DNA from: an uncultured Desulfobacterales bacterium
GTDB lineage: Bacteria > Desulfobacterota > Dissulfuribacteria > Dissulfuribacterales > JAMONC01
Reading direction: 5' to 3'
Length of the DNA: 64,000 bases
Assembly (NCBI GenBank): GCA_964578585.1
Contig: CAZODM010000002.1
Span: forward strand, 540-64,539
The notes under the pieces are model-generated. The model had not been told where the DNA came from and ran no database searches. It saw only the letters and a list, made by a program, of their open reading frames with translations. The translations under genes were made by a program, and so were the position numbers. Of this stretch, positions 1-9,455 are shown one piece after another; within the stretch, counting starts at the first letter, position 1; the number at the start of each line of letters is the position of its first letter.

Positions 1-107
1 AAAATGTAGCTAGCCAAAAGAGCTAAAGGGATATAAACAACTTTAAAACTAGTAAAAAGGAAGAATAGAGAAGAGACGGAAGATAGAAAAAATATGTAGT
101 TAATGGA

Positions 108-1415
108 GTGTTAGGTTTGAACAATCTTTTAAAAATAGCTATAGCCCAGACAACACCTATTTATAAAGATGCCTTAAAGAATTTTGAGCTCATATATCCA
201 AGGCTTGAGGCATTAGCCAAAAAGAATGAAGTTATACTTCTACCAGAACTTTTTTTAACAGGGCCTATAACTAAAGAAAAAATTGAACAAGAGCCCAAAA
301 TAGTAAAAGATAATCTAGTTGTTTTAGAAAGGCTTAAAGAGCTTAGTAAGAATTGCAGGTGTCATATTATTGCCGGACTTTTAGAAAAAAAAGACGACTC
401 TCTTTATAATAGTTTATTTTTGATAAGCTTTGATGGCAGTATGGATGTTTATAGAAAGATGCATTTATTCACACCTTTTAAAGAAGATAAGATCTTTAAA
501 AGGGGAGAGCTCCCACCTGTCTTTAAAATAAAAAATCAAGAGGATAATGAGGTTCTGTTAGGGCTTGCTATTTGTTTTGATATAAGATTTCCAGAACTTT
601 TTAGATATTACGTAAGACATGGGGCGCAGATAATATTTATAGCAAGTTGTTGGCCGCAAAAGAGATTAGAACATCTAAGGCTTTTATTAAAGGCAAGGGC
701 TATTGAAAATCAGTGTTTTATTGTTTGTGCAAATCTATGTGGGAAGATAAGCAATGAGGTCTTTGCTGGTTTTAGTAGTGTCATAACACCAGCAGGGGAT
801 CGCATTCTTGAATTAGATGATAAAGAAGGTGTTGGAGCTATATGTTGTGATCTATCTTTAGTTGAAAAGGTTAGGGAGTTATTTAAGAGTTTCTATTCAT
901 TTAGTAATTTTCATCAAAGGCCGTGTTTTAAAGTCATTTCTTTAGAAAAGGCAAAAGATCTCTGTATATTAAGGAAAAGGCTTGGGCAAAAATGTGTATT
1001 TACTAATGGTTGTTTTGATATTCTTCATGCAGGTCATGTAGATTATTTAAGAAAGGCTAGAGAGTGTGGAGATTTTTTAGTAGTTGGATTAAATAGTGAT
1101 AAATCTGTTAAGGATATAAAAGGAGACTTAAGACCAGTAAATACTGAACTTGATAGGGCCTTTGTTTTGGCATCACTAAGTTTTGTGGACTATGTTGTAA
1201 TTTTTGACGATCCAACTCCAATAAACCTAATTAATACTATTAGACCAGATGTACTTGTAAAGGGTGCAGATTGGCAAGAAGATGAGATAGTTGGTGCAAA
1301 AGAAGTAAAATCTTGGGGAGGGCAGGTAAAGAGAATTCCACTTTTAGAAGGTAGATCTACTAGTTGTATTATAGAGAGAATAGTATCTCGATTTAAGAAT
1401 AAGTCAAATATTTGA
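108..1415 (+). CDS. Fusion protein: N-terminal carbon-nitrogen hydrolase (nitrilase superfamily) + C-terminal RfaE-domain-II/HldC-like adenylyltransferase
   Basis: 435-aa ORF. The N-half has the CN-hydrolase Glu/Lys/Cys triad contexts (LLPELFLTG, YRKMHLF, GLAICFDIRFPELF). The C-half is a near-textbook HldE domain II (VFTNGCFDILHAGHVDYLRKARECGDFLVVGLNSDKSV...RPDVLVKGADW...GRSTSCIIERI). The track start is GTG 108; TTG 117, 8 nt after GGAG, is an alternative. Confidence 0.85.
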   Translation: MLGLNNLLKIAIAQTTPIYKDALKNFELIYPRLEALAKKNEVILLPELFLTGPITKEKIEQEPKIVKDNLVVLERLKELSKNCRCHIIAGLLEKKDDSLYNSLFLISFDGSMDVYRKMHLFTPFKEDKIFKRGELPPVFKIKNQEDNEVLLGLAICFDIRFPELFRYYVRHGAQIIFIASCWPQKRLEHLRLLLKARAIENQCFIVCANLCGKISNEVFAGFSSVITPAGDRILELDDKEGVGAICCDLSLVEKVRELFKSFYSFSNFHQRPCFKVISLEKAKDLCILRKRLGQKCVFTNGCFDILHAGHVDYLRKARECGDFLVVGLNSDKSVKDIKGDLRPVNTELDRAFVLASLSFVDYVVIFDDPTPINLINTIRPDVLVKGADWQEDEIVGAKEVKSWGGQVKRIPLLEGRSTSCIIERIVSRFKNKSNI

Positions 1416-1552
1416 CTAAGTTGTCTTAAAAATATCTCCTATAGAGCATTACTATAATGCATGTAATTTTCTTTAATACTTACCTTTAAGTTATCCTTTT
1501 TATCAAAAAAATCACTACTAACTTCCGATATAGAATTAGTAAGCCTTTTATA

Positions 1553-1567
1553 TGGCACAGTGGTTGC
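1553..1567 (+). promoter_or_regulatory. sigma-54 (-24/-12) promoter upstream of fliL
   Basis: TGGCAC-agtgg-TTGC at 1553-1567 matches the TGGCAC-N5-TTGC consensus exactly. It lies 63 nt upstream of the fliL start, and AGGAGG at 1615-1620 follows. Confidence 0.75.
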
Positions 1568-1629
1568 TCTTAATTGTGGAGTTGAAAGGTAATAGGCTTT
1601 GACACTTTATTTTAAGGAGGGCTTTTGCC

Positions 1630-2151
1630 TTGGCAAAGAAAGAGAAAGACAAAAAAGCAGAGGGTGAAGAGCCAAAAAAGAAGAAGTCTAAGCTACTGCT
1701 TTTTATAATAATTGGGGTGGTGTTGATCCTTGTTGCAGGGGGGGCGGCAGCTTACTTTTTCTTATTTTCTCAACCCTCAGATAAAGAACTTGCTCAACAG
1801 ATAAAACAAGAACAAAAACAACAAAAGCCCAAAGAGCAAGGACCAAAAGTAGGTGTCTTTATGCCTCTTGATCCTTTTATTGTTAATCTAGCAGATCCTC
1901 AGGCGAGTCATTTTTTAAAAGCAACTATTACATTAGAGCTAGTAGATGATTCTGCTAAAAAAGAAGCTGATAAGCTTCTTCCAGCTATAAGAAATGACAT
2001 AATAATCTTACTTTCTAGTCAAACTATGGATGATGTAATAACCACAGAGGGAAAGATGCGTTTAAGAGACCAAATAATTACAAGGCTTAATCATATCCTT
2101 GGTCCAGATAAAGTAAAAAATGTATATTTTTCACAGTTCATAGTGCAATAA
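1630..2151 (+). CDS. fliL: Flagellar basal-body-associated protein FliL
   Basis: Lys-rich N-terminus, a single TM helix (LLLFIIIGVVLILVAGGAAAYFF) and a FliL-type C-domain (FVNLADPQASHFLKATITLEL...RLRDQIITRLN...VYFSQFIVQ). It sits directly before fliM. TTG start 9 nt after AGGAGG. Confidence 0.9.
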   Translation: MAKKEKDKKAEGEEPKKKKSKLLLFIIIGVVLILVAGGAAAYFFLFSQPSDKELAQQIKQEQKQQKPKEQGPKVGVFMPLDPFIVNLADPQASHFLKATITLELVDDSAKKEADKLLPAIRNDIIILLSSQTMDDVITTEGKMRLRDQIITRLNHILGPDKVKNVYFSQFIVQ

Positions 2152-2180
2152 AGTTTAAAAAGGAGATGAGATAAAAGGGT

Positions 2181-3197
2181 ATGAGCCAGGTATTAAGCCA
2201 AGAAGAAATAGATGCCCTGCTTGGCGGACTAGACAATATAACTGATGCCTCTAAGGATAGCGAAGAGCATAAAGAGCCAGAGGTAAAGGCAGAAGAGGAT
2301 GATTCTGAGGAGAAGATTGTTCCTTATGATTTTGTGAACTTTACCCAAATGACAAGGGTAAAGTTGCCAGCATTTGAGGCAATAAAGGATCAGATAAACA
2401 GAGGCTTTCGCTCAACCCTTTCATCAATACTTAGGCTTGTAGTTGATAGCTCTGTAGCACCGACAGAGATTATTACATTTAAGGAGTTTTTACGTAGGGT
2501 GCCTGTACCAAGTAACTTGCACATACTTAAGATGGAACCTCTTAGAGGGCATTTTTTATTAGTAGTAGATCCCCAGCTTGTCTTTTGTATTGTTGAGATA
2601 TTCTTAGGTGCAAGCAAGATTGGACAGGCAAGGATTGAAGGAAGAGAATTTACCTCTATTGAACAAAGGCTTATCAGGAGGATAGTAAATTCCCTTTTAG
2701 CTGATATTGAAAAGGCATGGCAGCCTATATATCCACTTCAGATTCAATATGTAAGAAATGAGATAAACCCTCAATTTGCCAAGATAGCAGGAGACGATGA
2801 CGCTGTAATAGTAACTAAGTTCAACTTAGATCTAGAAGAGATATCAGGTGCTATTACAATGTGCATTCCAATGACAAATCTCCAACCTATTAAGTCAAGA
2901 CTTCAAAGTACGTTTCAAGGAGAAGAGGTTGTTGATCCTACTTGGAAACAAGAGCTTATTAGGAATCTTAGGGCAACAGAGGTTGAGATAGTCATACCAC
3001 TTGGTAGTGCAAGAATTACAGGGAAAGAGCTTTTAGATCTTCAAACAGGGGACATAATACAGCTCGATACCAATATTGATTCGCCACTTTTGGGCTTGGT
3101 TCAAGGCCAGCCCAAACTTTTAGTGGAGCCAGGGCTGCATAAGGGACAAAGGGCATTTAAGGTAAGAGAATTTATACTTAATCCTGAAGAGATATAA
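2181..3197 (+). CDS. fliM: Flagellar motor switch protein FliM
   Basis: N-terminal CheY-P-binding peptide LSQEEIDALLGG, FliM middle domain and C-terminal FliN-like domain; synteny fliL-fliM-fliN. Confidence 0.95.
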   Translation: MSQVLSQEEIDALLGGLDNITDASKDSEEHKEPEVKAEEDDSEEKIVPYDFVNFTQMTRVKLPAFEAIKDQINRGFRSTLSSILRLVVDSSVAPTEIITFKEFLRRVPVPSNLHILKMEPLRGHFLLVVDPQLVFCIVEIFLGASKIGQARIEGREFTSIEQRLIRRIVNSLLADIEKAWQPIYPLQIQYVRNEINPQFAKIAGDDDAVIVTKFNLDLEEISGAITMCIPMTNLQPIKSRLQSTFQGEEVVDPTWKQELIRNLRATEVEIVIPLGSARITGKELLDLQTGDIIQLDTNIDSPLLGLVQGQPKLLVEPGLHKGQRAFKVREFILNPEEI

Positions 3198-3212
3198 AAA
3201 GGAGAAGGATAT

Positions 3213-3890
3213 ATGCTTACCCAAGAGGAACTAGATAAGCTCTTGGAAGAAGGTGGCTTAGATGATTCGGGTGGAGATAATAGTGCCCAAGAAGGCTCTG
3301 CCCAGGAGGCTTCTACTGAGCAAAAGGCTAGCGATCAAGCTAGTAATGGTCAAGCTAAAGAAGCTGATTCGAGCAATGCATCAAATGCATCAGGGGAACA
3401 ACAGACATCTTCTGATACTTCTACAGATGATATAGATTGGTCTGATGCCTTTAAAGAGGCTGCATCTGGTGGAGACTCTGCTGCTTTAAAGGCAATGAAA
3501 GATGGTAGTGTTGATGAAGTAATGAATGAAATGAAAAAGGAGCAGCCTAAGGCTCAGTCTGCTGATTTTAATGAATTTAAAAGTAGTGAAGCTCCAAAGC
3601 AAGAAAGTGCTACTAGTGAGACAATGGAGCATCCAAACCTTGATTTTATAATGGATCTTCCTCTTGATGTATCTGTTGAGCTTGGAAGGTGCCGTATGCC
3701 CATTAGAGAGCTCTTACAATTAGGACAAGGCTCTGTTGTAGAATTAAATAAGATGGCAGGTGAGCCTGCAGATATCTATGTAAATCAAAAACTTATGGCA
3801 AAGGGGGAAATTGTAGTTGTAAATGAAAAGTTTGGTGTACGTCTTACAGAGATAATATCACCTGCAGATAGGGTTAAAGGACTAGGATAA
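3213..3890 (+). CDS. fliN: Flagellar motor switch protein FliN with extended low-complexity N-terminus
   Basis: C-terminal SpoA/FliN domain (LDFIMDLPLDVSVELGRCRMPIRELLQLGQGSVVELNKMAGEPADIYVNQKLMAKGEIVVVNEKFGVRLTEI). The N-terminus MLTQEELDKLLEEGG resembles the FliM peptide. Confidence 0.92.
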   Translation: MLTQEELDKLLEEGGLDDSGGDNSAQEGSAQEASTEQKASDQASNGQAKEADSSNASNASGEQQTSSDTSTDDIDWSDAFKEAASGGDSAALKAMKDGSVDEVMNEMKKEQPKAQSADFNEFKSSEAPKQESATSETMEHPNLDFIMDLPLDVSVELGRCRMPIRELLQLGQGSVVELNKMAGEPADIYVNQKLMAKGEIVVVNEKFGVRLTEIISPADRVKGLG

Positions 3891-3900
3891 GGGTTTTAAG

Positions 3901-4251
3901 ATGGCTTTTTCTCAGATTATCCAAGTATTTTCAGCTCTTTGTTTTATAGTTGGGATATTACTTTTATCCTATTGGATTGCAAAAAAGTTTTTTATTCCTT
4001 GGCAAACCATAAACAATAAAGGTGATATCAAGGTATTAGAGACCAAGATGATTCTTCCTAAAAAGTATATCTCAATTGTTCGTATAAAGGATAAAATATT
4101 AGCTATTGCAATAGCTGACAATTCTATGACACTTCTTTCTGAGTTAGATCCTAAATCTTTTGATTATAATGGTGAGGATAAGACTAACAATATAAAGGCC
4201 ATAAACTTTAGGGATCATCTAAAAAGGTTTTATAAGGCCAAAACTAGCTAA
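3901..4251 (+). CDS. fliO: Flagellar export protein FliO
   Basis: 116 aa with a single N-terminal TM helix; position between fliN and fliP. Confidence 0.8.
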   Translation: MAFSQIIQVFSALCFIVGILLLSYWIAKKFFIPWQTINNKGDIKVLETKMILPKKYISIVRIKDKILAIAIADNSMTLLSELDPKSFDYNGEDKTNNIKAINFRDHLKRFYKAKTS

Positions 4252-4299
4252 GCTTATATAAATTTTGTTGATTGAATGTTTTAAAGGGGGGATAGCGAG

Positions 4300-5061
4300 G
4301 TGAAGAGACTGGTTAAAATTCTTTTTATTATCTCAATTGTATTATTTATTTTTATCCCCTTTTTATCAGGTCCTGCTTTAGCTGTCAAAATTCCAACAGT
4401 TAAATTGGGAATCAATAATGTCAAAAATCCAAAACAGGTTGCAACAGCACTTGAGATAATATTTTTATTAACTCTACTTTCTCTTGCTCCAGCGCTGCTT
4501 TTGATGACAACATCCTTTACAAGGCTTGCAGTTGTTTTTGGTTTTTTAAGGCAGGCACTTGGCACACAACAGATGCCTCCAAACCAAATACTTATAGGGC
4601 TTGCTCTATTTCTTACCTTTTTTATTATGCGTCCTGTATGGCAGCAGGCAAATAAACAGGCTATTGAACCATATTTAAATGGCAAGATTGGTTTTAATAA
4701 GGCAGTTACTTTAGCAGAAAAGCCTTTAAGGAAATTTATGTTTAGGCAGACGAGAAAGAGTGATCTTGCACTTTTTTTGCATATAGCTCACATAGAAAAT
4801 GCAAATAATTTAAGTGACATACCAACAACGGTTTTGATACCAGCTTTTATGATTAGTGAGTTAAAGACTGCTTTTGAGATAGGTTTTGTACTTTACATCC
4901 CGTTTTTAATAATAGACATGGTGGTATCAAGTGTGCTTCTTTCAATGGGAATGATGATGTTACCACCAGTTTTGATATCTTTGCCATTTAAGCTGTTATT
5001 GTTTGTACTCGTAGATGGTTGGCATCTTTTAGTTGGCTCTCTGGTTCAGAGCTTTCATTAA
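4300..5061 (+). CDS. fliP: Flagellar type III export apparatus protein FliP
   Basis: Signal/TM segment followed by conserved FliP blocks ([55 protein letters not shown]; [10 protein letters not shown]). Confidence 0.95.
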   Translation: MKRLVKILFIISIVLFIFIPFLSGPALAVKIPTVKLGINNVKNPKQVATALEIIFLLTLLSLAPALLLMTTSFTRLAVVFGFLRQALGTQQMPPNQILIGLALFLTFFIMRPVWQQANKQAIEPYLNGKIGFNKAVTLAEKPLRKFMFRQTRKSDLALFLHIAHIENANNLSDIPTTVLIPAFMISELKTAFEIGFVLYIPFLIIDMVVSSVLLSMGMMMLPPVLISLPFKLLLFVLVDGWHLLVGSLVQSFH

Positions 5062-5122
5062 AATGGGCTAAGGTAAGTTATAGATTCTTAAAAAGATCCT
5101 ATAAAGTTAAGGAGAAATTGCT

Positions 5123-5392
5123 ATGACTCAGGCATTTGTGGTGGGACTTGCCCGCCAAGCTGTAGATTTGACCCTTTTGCTTAGTCTTCCAATGTTGGGG
5201 CTTGGGCTAATAGTTGGATTAATAATTAGTATCTTTCAGGCAGTGACACAAGTACAAGAGATGACTCTTACATTTGTTCCAAAGATTGTTGTAGTACTTC
5301 TTGCCCTTTTATTTACGTTCCCATGGATGATGAACAAGATGATTGATTTTACAAGGCATTTGATCTTGATTATCCCCAATTTAGCTCACTAA
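5123..5392 (+). CDS. fliQ: Flagellar export apparatus protein FliQ
   Basis: 89-aa two-TM protein with GLIISIFQAVTQVQEMTLTFVPKI; synteny. Confidence 0.95.
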   Translation: MTQAFVVGLARQAVDLTLLLSLPMLGLGLIVGLIISIFQAVTQVQEMTLTFVPKIVVVLLALLFTFPWMMNKMIDFTRHLILIIPNLAH

Positions 5393-5407
5393 TTTGAGGG
5401 CAAAGAG

Positions 5408-6205
5408 GTGATAAACGCATTTTTGTTTAATTGGACATTAAATGAATTTAAGGTCTTTTTATTGGTCCTACTAAGGATTGCAAGTCTTTTATTTATGATG
5501 CCTGTCTTTAGTGGAAGGGCTGTTCCTAATACCATAAAGGCACTTATGGCAATGGTTTTAGCCCTTATGCTAACTCCTATGGTACCATTTAAGGCAAGTG
5601 AGTTTCCTAGTCAACCTCTAGCCCTTATCATCTTAGTAGTTTCTGAAGTCTTTATAGGTGCATCACTAGCTCTAATCATGCAGTTAATCTTTGTAGGTGT
5701 TCAGATAGCTGGGCAGATGATTGGCTTTCAGATGGGATTTAGTGTAGCAAGTGTTATGGATCCAAACACTGGAGTTCAATCAGTATTAATGGCTCAGCTT
5801 TCTTATCTTATTGCCCTTATGATATTTTTGGCAATAAATGGACATTACTATTTTATCAAGGTGCTTTTTGAAAGCTATAAGATACTTCCACCCGGGCATT
5901 TTGTTGCTACATCAACTCTTTATGACATAGTTATGCAGTGTGCAGAAAAGATGTTTATCTTAGGTGTCAAATTAATGGCACCTGTAATGACAGTTCTTCT
6001 TCTTGCCCAAGTAGCCCTTGGCATTTTGGCAAAGACAGTGCCTCAAGTAAATCTTTTGATCATAAGTTTTTCTCTAACTATTGGACTAGGGCTATTTTTT
6101 TTAGGACTTACAATGCAGTTTTTCTGGCCTGTGTTTGAAAAGGATTTAGTGATGGCACTAAGGTGGCTACCTGTTGCTCTAAAGTCTATGGCTGTTAGTC
6201 CATAG
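5408..6205 (+). CDS. fliR: Flagellar export apparatus protein FliR
   Basis: 265-aa polytopic membrane protein between fliQ and flhB; FliR-like blocks (GFQMGFSVASVMDP). Confidence 0.92.
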   Translation: MINAFLFNWTLNEFKVFLLVLLRIASLLFMMPVFSGRAVPNTIKALMAMVLALMLTPMVPFKASEFPSQPLALIILVVSEVFIGASLALIMQLIFVGVQIAGQMIGFQMGFSVASVMDPNTGVQSVLMAQLSYLIALMIFLAINGHYYFIKVLFESYKILPPGHFVATSTLYDIVMQCAEKMFILGVKLMAPVMTVLLLAQVALGILAKTVPQVNLLIISFSLTIGLGLFFLGLTMQFFWPVFEKDLVMALRWLPVALKSMAVSP

Positions 6206-6231
6206 GAATTTTAGTGAGTTTTTAAATAACT

Positions 6232-7296
6232 ATGGCAGGGGATTCTTATCAGGAAAAAACCGAAAAACCGACTCCGAAACGGCGCGAAGAGGCACGCAAA
6301 AAGGGACAGGTTGCCAAAAGTAAGGAGCTGCCCTCGATTGCTGTTTTGATCTCTTGTTTGTTTTGCCTTACTTGGGGCAGTAGTTTTTTTCTGCATCAAC
6401 TGTGTTTGATAGTTCGTTATTATCTTTCTCAAGCATCTTCTTTAACCATAGACCAATCTAATGTATCCTTTTTATCCATTTTAGTTACAAAACAGATCGC
6501 TATAATTTTGACACCTCTTTTTATTGTGATCACCTTTATTGCAATATTCTCTAATATAGCTCAAACAGGACCACTTTTTTCTCTTGAAGCAGCAGCGCCA
6601 AAATTTTCACACATAAATCCTATTGAGGGATTTAAGAGACTTTTCTCGCTTCAGGCATTAAATGAATTATTAAAATCGATGTTTAAGATATTTGTTGTAG
6701 GCTGGATATGCTACAAAACAGTAAAAGATCAGCTTTTTAATCTCATACCTCTTATGGATCAAACACCTTATCAGATTATGGCATTTATGGGCCATGTGAG
6801 TTTTTTGATGTTTTGGCGCACAATGATTGCAATGGCATTTATGGCTGTGTTGGACTATGGGTTTCAGCGCTGGCAGTTTGAAAAAGACCTTCGTATGACA
6901 AAAGAGGAGTTAAAAGAAGAACTTAAACAGACAGAAGGCGATCCAATGGTCAAATCTCGCATAAGAAGTATACAGCGAGAGATGGCTAGAAAACGCATGA
7001 TGTCTTCTGTACCAGAGGCAGATGTTGTTATTACAAACCCAACGCATTTAGCCGTTGCTTTAAAATATGAAGCAGAAAAGATGGAAGCTCCAAAGGTTAT
7101 AGCAAAAGGATCAGGACTTGTAGCACAACGCATAAAGGATATTGCCAAAAAACACTCTGTACCTGTGATTGAAAATCCACCTTTGGCACAGAGTCTGTAT
7201 AAACTTGTTGAGGTAGGCCAACAAATACCAGAGTCTTTATACAAAGCAGTAGCACAAGTACTTGCCTATGTCTACAAGCTTAAGAAAAAGGTGTGA
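6232..7296 (+). CDS. flhB: Flagellar export switch protein FlhB
   Basis: N-terminal QEKTEKPTPKRREEARKKGQVAKS, and the NPTH autocleavage motif (VVITNPTHLAVAL) in the C-domain. Confidence 0.95.
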   Translation: MAGDSYQEKTEKPTPKRREEARKKGQVAKSKELPSIAVLISCLFCLTWGSSFFLHQLCLIVRYYLSQASSLTIDQSNVSFLSILVTKQIAIILTPLFIVITFIAIFSNIAQTGPLFSLEAAAPKFSHINPIEGFKRLFSLQALNELLKSMFKIFVVGWICYKTVKDQLFNLIPLMDQTPYQIMAFMGHVSFLMFWRTMIAMAFMAVLDYGFQRWQFEKDLRMTKEELKEELKQTEGDPMVKSRIRSIQREMARKRMMSSVPEADVVITNPTHLAVALKYEAEKMEAPKVIAKGSGLVAQRIKDIAKKHSVPVIENPPLAQSLYKLVEVGQQIPESLYKAVAQVLAYVYKLKKKV

Positions 7297-7301
7297 GGTA
7301 T

Positions 7302-9410
7302 ATGGCAGAGACTGCGGTTATAAAAAATATTCAGGGCATACTAACTGGTATACAAGCAGATAAAAACAATCTGATTGCTGCTGTTGGAGTAATGGCAATA
7401 TTGCTTATTATGGTATTTCCATTGCCAGCTCCTCTTATGGATATACTTTTGGCGTTTAATTTTACGCTTTCACTCCTTATCCTTCTTCTTGCACTCTATA
7501 TTGTAAAGCCATTAGATTTCCCAGTATTTCCATCACTTTTGCTATTAACTACGCTCTTTAGGCTGTCTTTAAACATTGCATCTACAAGGCTTATTTTGCT
7601 TCATGGTAATCAAGGGCCAGATGCAGCAGGCCATGTAATAATGAGCTTTGGAGAGTTTGTTGTAAGTGGGAACTATGTAGTTGGTGCAATTGTATTTATT
7701 ATCCTTGTTATAATCAATTTTGTTGTTATCACAAAAGGTGCAGGAAGGATAGCAGAGGTTGCTGCAAGGTTTACCCTTGATGCTATGCCAGGTAAGCAGA
7801 TGGCAATAGATGCGGACTTAAACGCAGGGCTTATTGATGAAAATGAGGCTAGAAGAAGAAGAGAGGAGATTGCAAAAGAGGCAGAGTTTTATGGTGCGAT
7901 GGATGGTGCTTCAAAGTTTGTACGTGGTGAGGCAATAGCAGGTCTAATCATCATGTGTGTAAATGTAATAGGAGGATTTGTAATAGGTGTTTTTCAACAC
8001 AATATGCCAATAAGCCTTGCAGCACATAGTTATACACTTCTTACAATTGGTGATGGTCTTGTATCCCAGATACCTGCAATCATTATATCTACTGCAGCAG
8101 GTATATTAGTAAGCCGTGCAGCTTCTGATTCTAGCATGGGCTCTGCATTTATAAAACAATTTGCACTTCAGCCAGAGGCAATGGCAGTAACATCGTTTCT
8201 TGTGTTTTTATTTGGTATGATGCCTGGGCTTCCCACTATCCCTTTTACTGTACTTTCTTGTGGCGTAGGTGCACTTGCTTGGATTTCATTTAAAGAGAGA
8301 AAGAAACAAGCTGCTCTTGTTGCAAAAGAAGAGGAGCAGGCACAAGCACCTGCTGAGCCAGAGGCTGGAAGTCCAGAAGAGGTAGAAAGTCTTCTTTCTC
8401 TGGATGTGCTTGAGCTTGAGATTGGCTATGGCTTAATTCCTTTAGTAGATGAGGAACAAGGTGGGGATCTCTTAGAGAGGATTCGCTCAATCAGAAAACA
8501 ATTTGCTCAAGAAATGGGCATAATAGTTCCGCCATTACATGTTCGTGACAATCTACAGCTTTCTCCTGGACAATATGTAATCTTGATAAAGGGGATAGAG
8601 GTAGCTCAAGGTGAACTTATGATAGGGCATCTACTTGCAATGGATCCAGGAGGTGTCAAAAAGAAGATACAAGGTATAGAGACAAGAGAGCCTGCGTTTG
8701 GACTTCCTGCCCTTTGGATACCGGAGTCTGCTCTACAAGAGGCACAGATGGCTGGTTATACAGTAGTAGATCTCTCCACTGTAGTTGCAACACACCTTGC
8801 AGAGGTAATACGTCAAAATGCCCATGAGCTTTTAGGGCGTCAAGAAGTGCAACAGCTACTTGATGTGGTTTCTAAAAAACATCCTAAAGCAGTTGAAGAA
8901 GTCACAAATGCACTACCGCTGGGCATAATACAAAAGGTGCTCCAAAATTTAGTAAAGGAACGGGTATCTATAAGGGATCTTTTGACAATTATAGAGACAC
9001 TTGCAGATTATGGTCCTATGACTAAAGATCCTGATATCCTTACAGAGTATGTAAGGCAAAAGCTTGCTCGTGCCATAGTAAAGCCACTTATTGATGAAGA
9101 TGGGGTGCTAAGGGTTTTGACATTAGAGTCAGGCTTAGAGGAACAGATAAGAAGTAGCATACAACAGACAGAGCAAGGCAGTTTCTTGACACTTGATCCC
9201 CGTGTTGCGCAAGCTATCGTAAATTCAATAAAAAATGCGGTTGAACAGGTTACTGAACAAGGGCATCAGGCAATTATACTTTGCTCACCGTCAATTCGTC
9301 GGCACCTAAGGAGACTTTTAGAAAGGTTTGTGCCAAATGTAACTGTGCTTTCACACTCGGAGATTCCGCCAAATATTAACCTTGAAGCCATTTTGGTCAT
9401 AAAGGTTTAA
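7302..9410 (+). CDS. flhA: Flagellar export gate protein FlhA
   Basis: About 700 aa with FlhA TM blocks and the FHIPEP region (ITKGAGRIAEVAARFTLDAMPGKQMAIDADLNAG). ATG 7302 follows GAGG; the track start GTG 7293 overlaps the flhB stop. Confidence 0.95.
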   Translation: MAETAVIKNIQGILTGIQADKNNLIAAVGVMAILLIMVFPLPAPLMDILLAFNFTLSLLILLLALYIVKPLDFPVFPSLLLLTTLFRLSLNIASTRLILLHGNQGPDAAGHVIMSFGEFVVSGNYVVGAIVFIILVIINFVVITKGAGRIAEVAARFTLDAMPGKQMAIDADLNAGLIDENEARRRREEIAKEAEFYGAMDGASKFVRGEAIAGLIIMCVNVIGGFVIGVFQHNMPISLAAHSYTLLTIGDGLVSQIPAIIISTAAGILVSRAASDSSMGSAFIKQFALQPEAMAVTSFLVFLFGMMPGLPTIPFTVLSCGVGALAWISFKERKKQAALVAKEEEQAQAPAEPEAGSPEEVESLLSLDVLELEIGYGLIPLVDEEQGGDLLERIRSIRKQFAQEMGIIVPPLHVRDNLQLSPGQYVILIKGIEVAQGELMIGHLLAMDPGGVKKKIQGIETREPAFGLPALWIPESALQEAQMAGYTVVDLSTVVATHLAEVIRQNAHELLGRQEVQQLLDVVSKKHPKAVEEVTNALPLGIIQKVLQNLVKERVSIRDLLTIIETLADYGPMTKDPDILTEYVRQKLARAIVKPLIDEDGVLRVLTLESGLEEQIRSSIQQTEQGSFLTLDPRVAQAIVNSIKNAVEQVTEQGHQAIILCSPSIRRHLRRLLERFVPNVTVLSHSEIPPNINLEAILVIKV

Positions 9411-9455
9411 GCTGTGCACAGATTTTGCAGAATCCCCTAACACGGGACGGAAGCC

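Noticed and set aside
1505-1532. A CCGATAT motif upstream of fliL that resembles a sigma-28 -10 element.
   Set aside because: No TAAA-like -35 element is present at the required 15-nt spacing. A perfect sigma-54 promoter lies 25 nt downstream and explains expression better.
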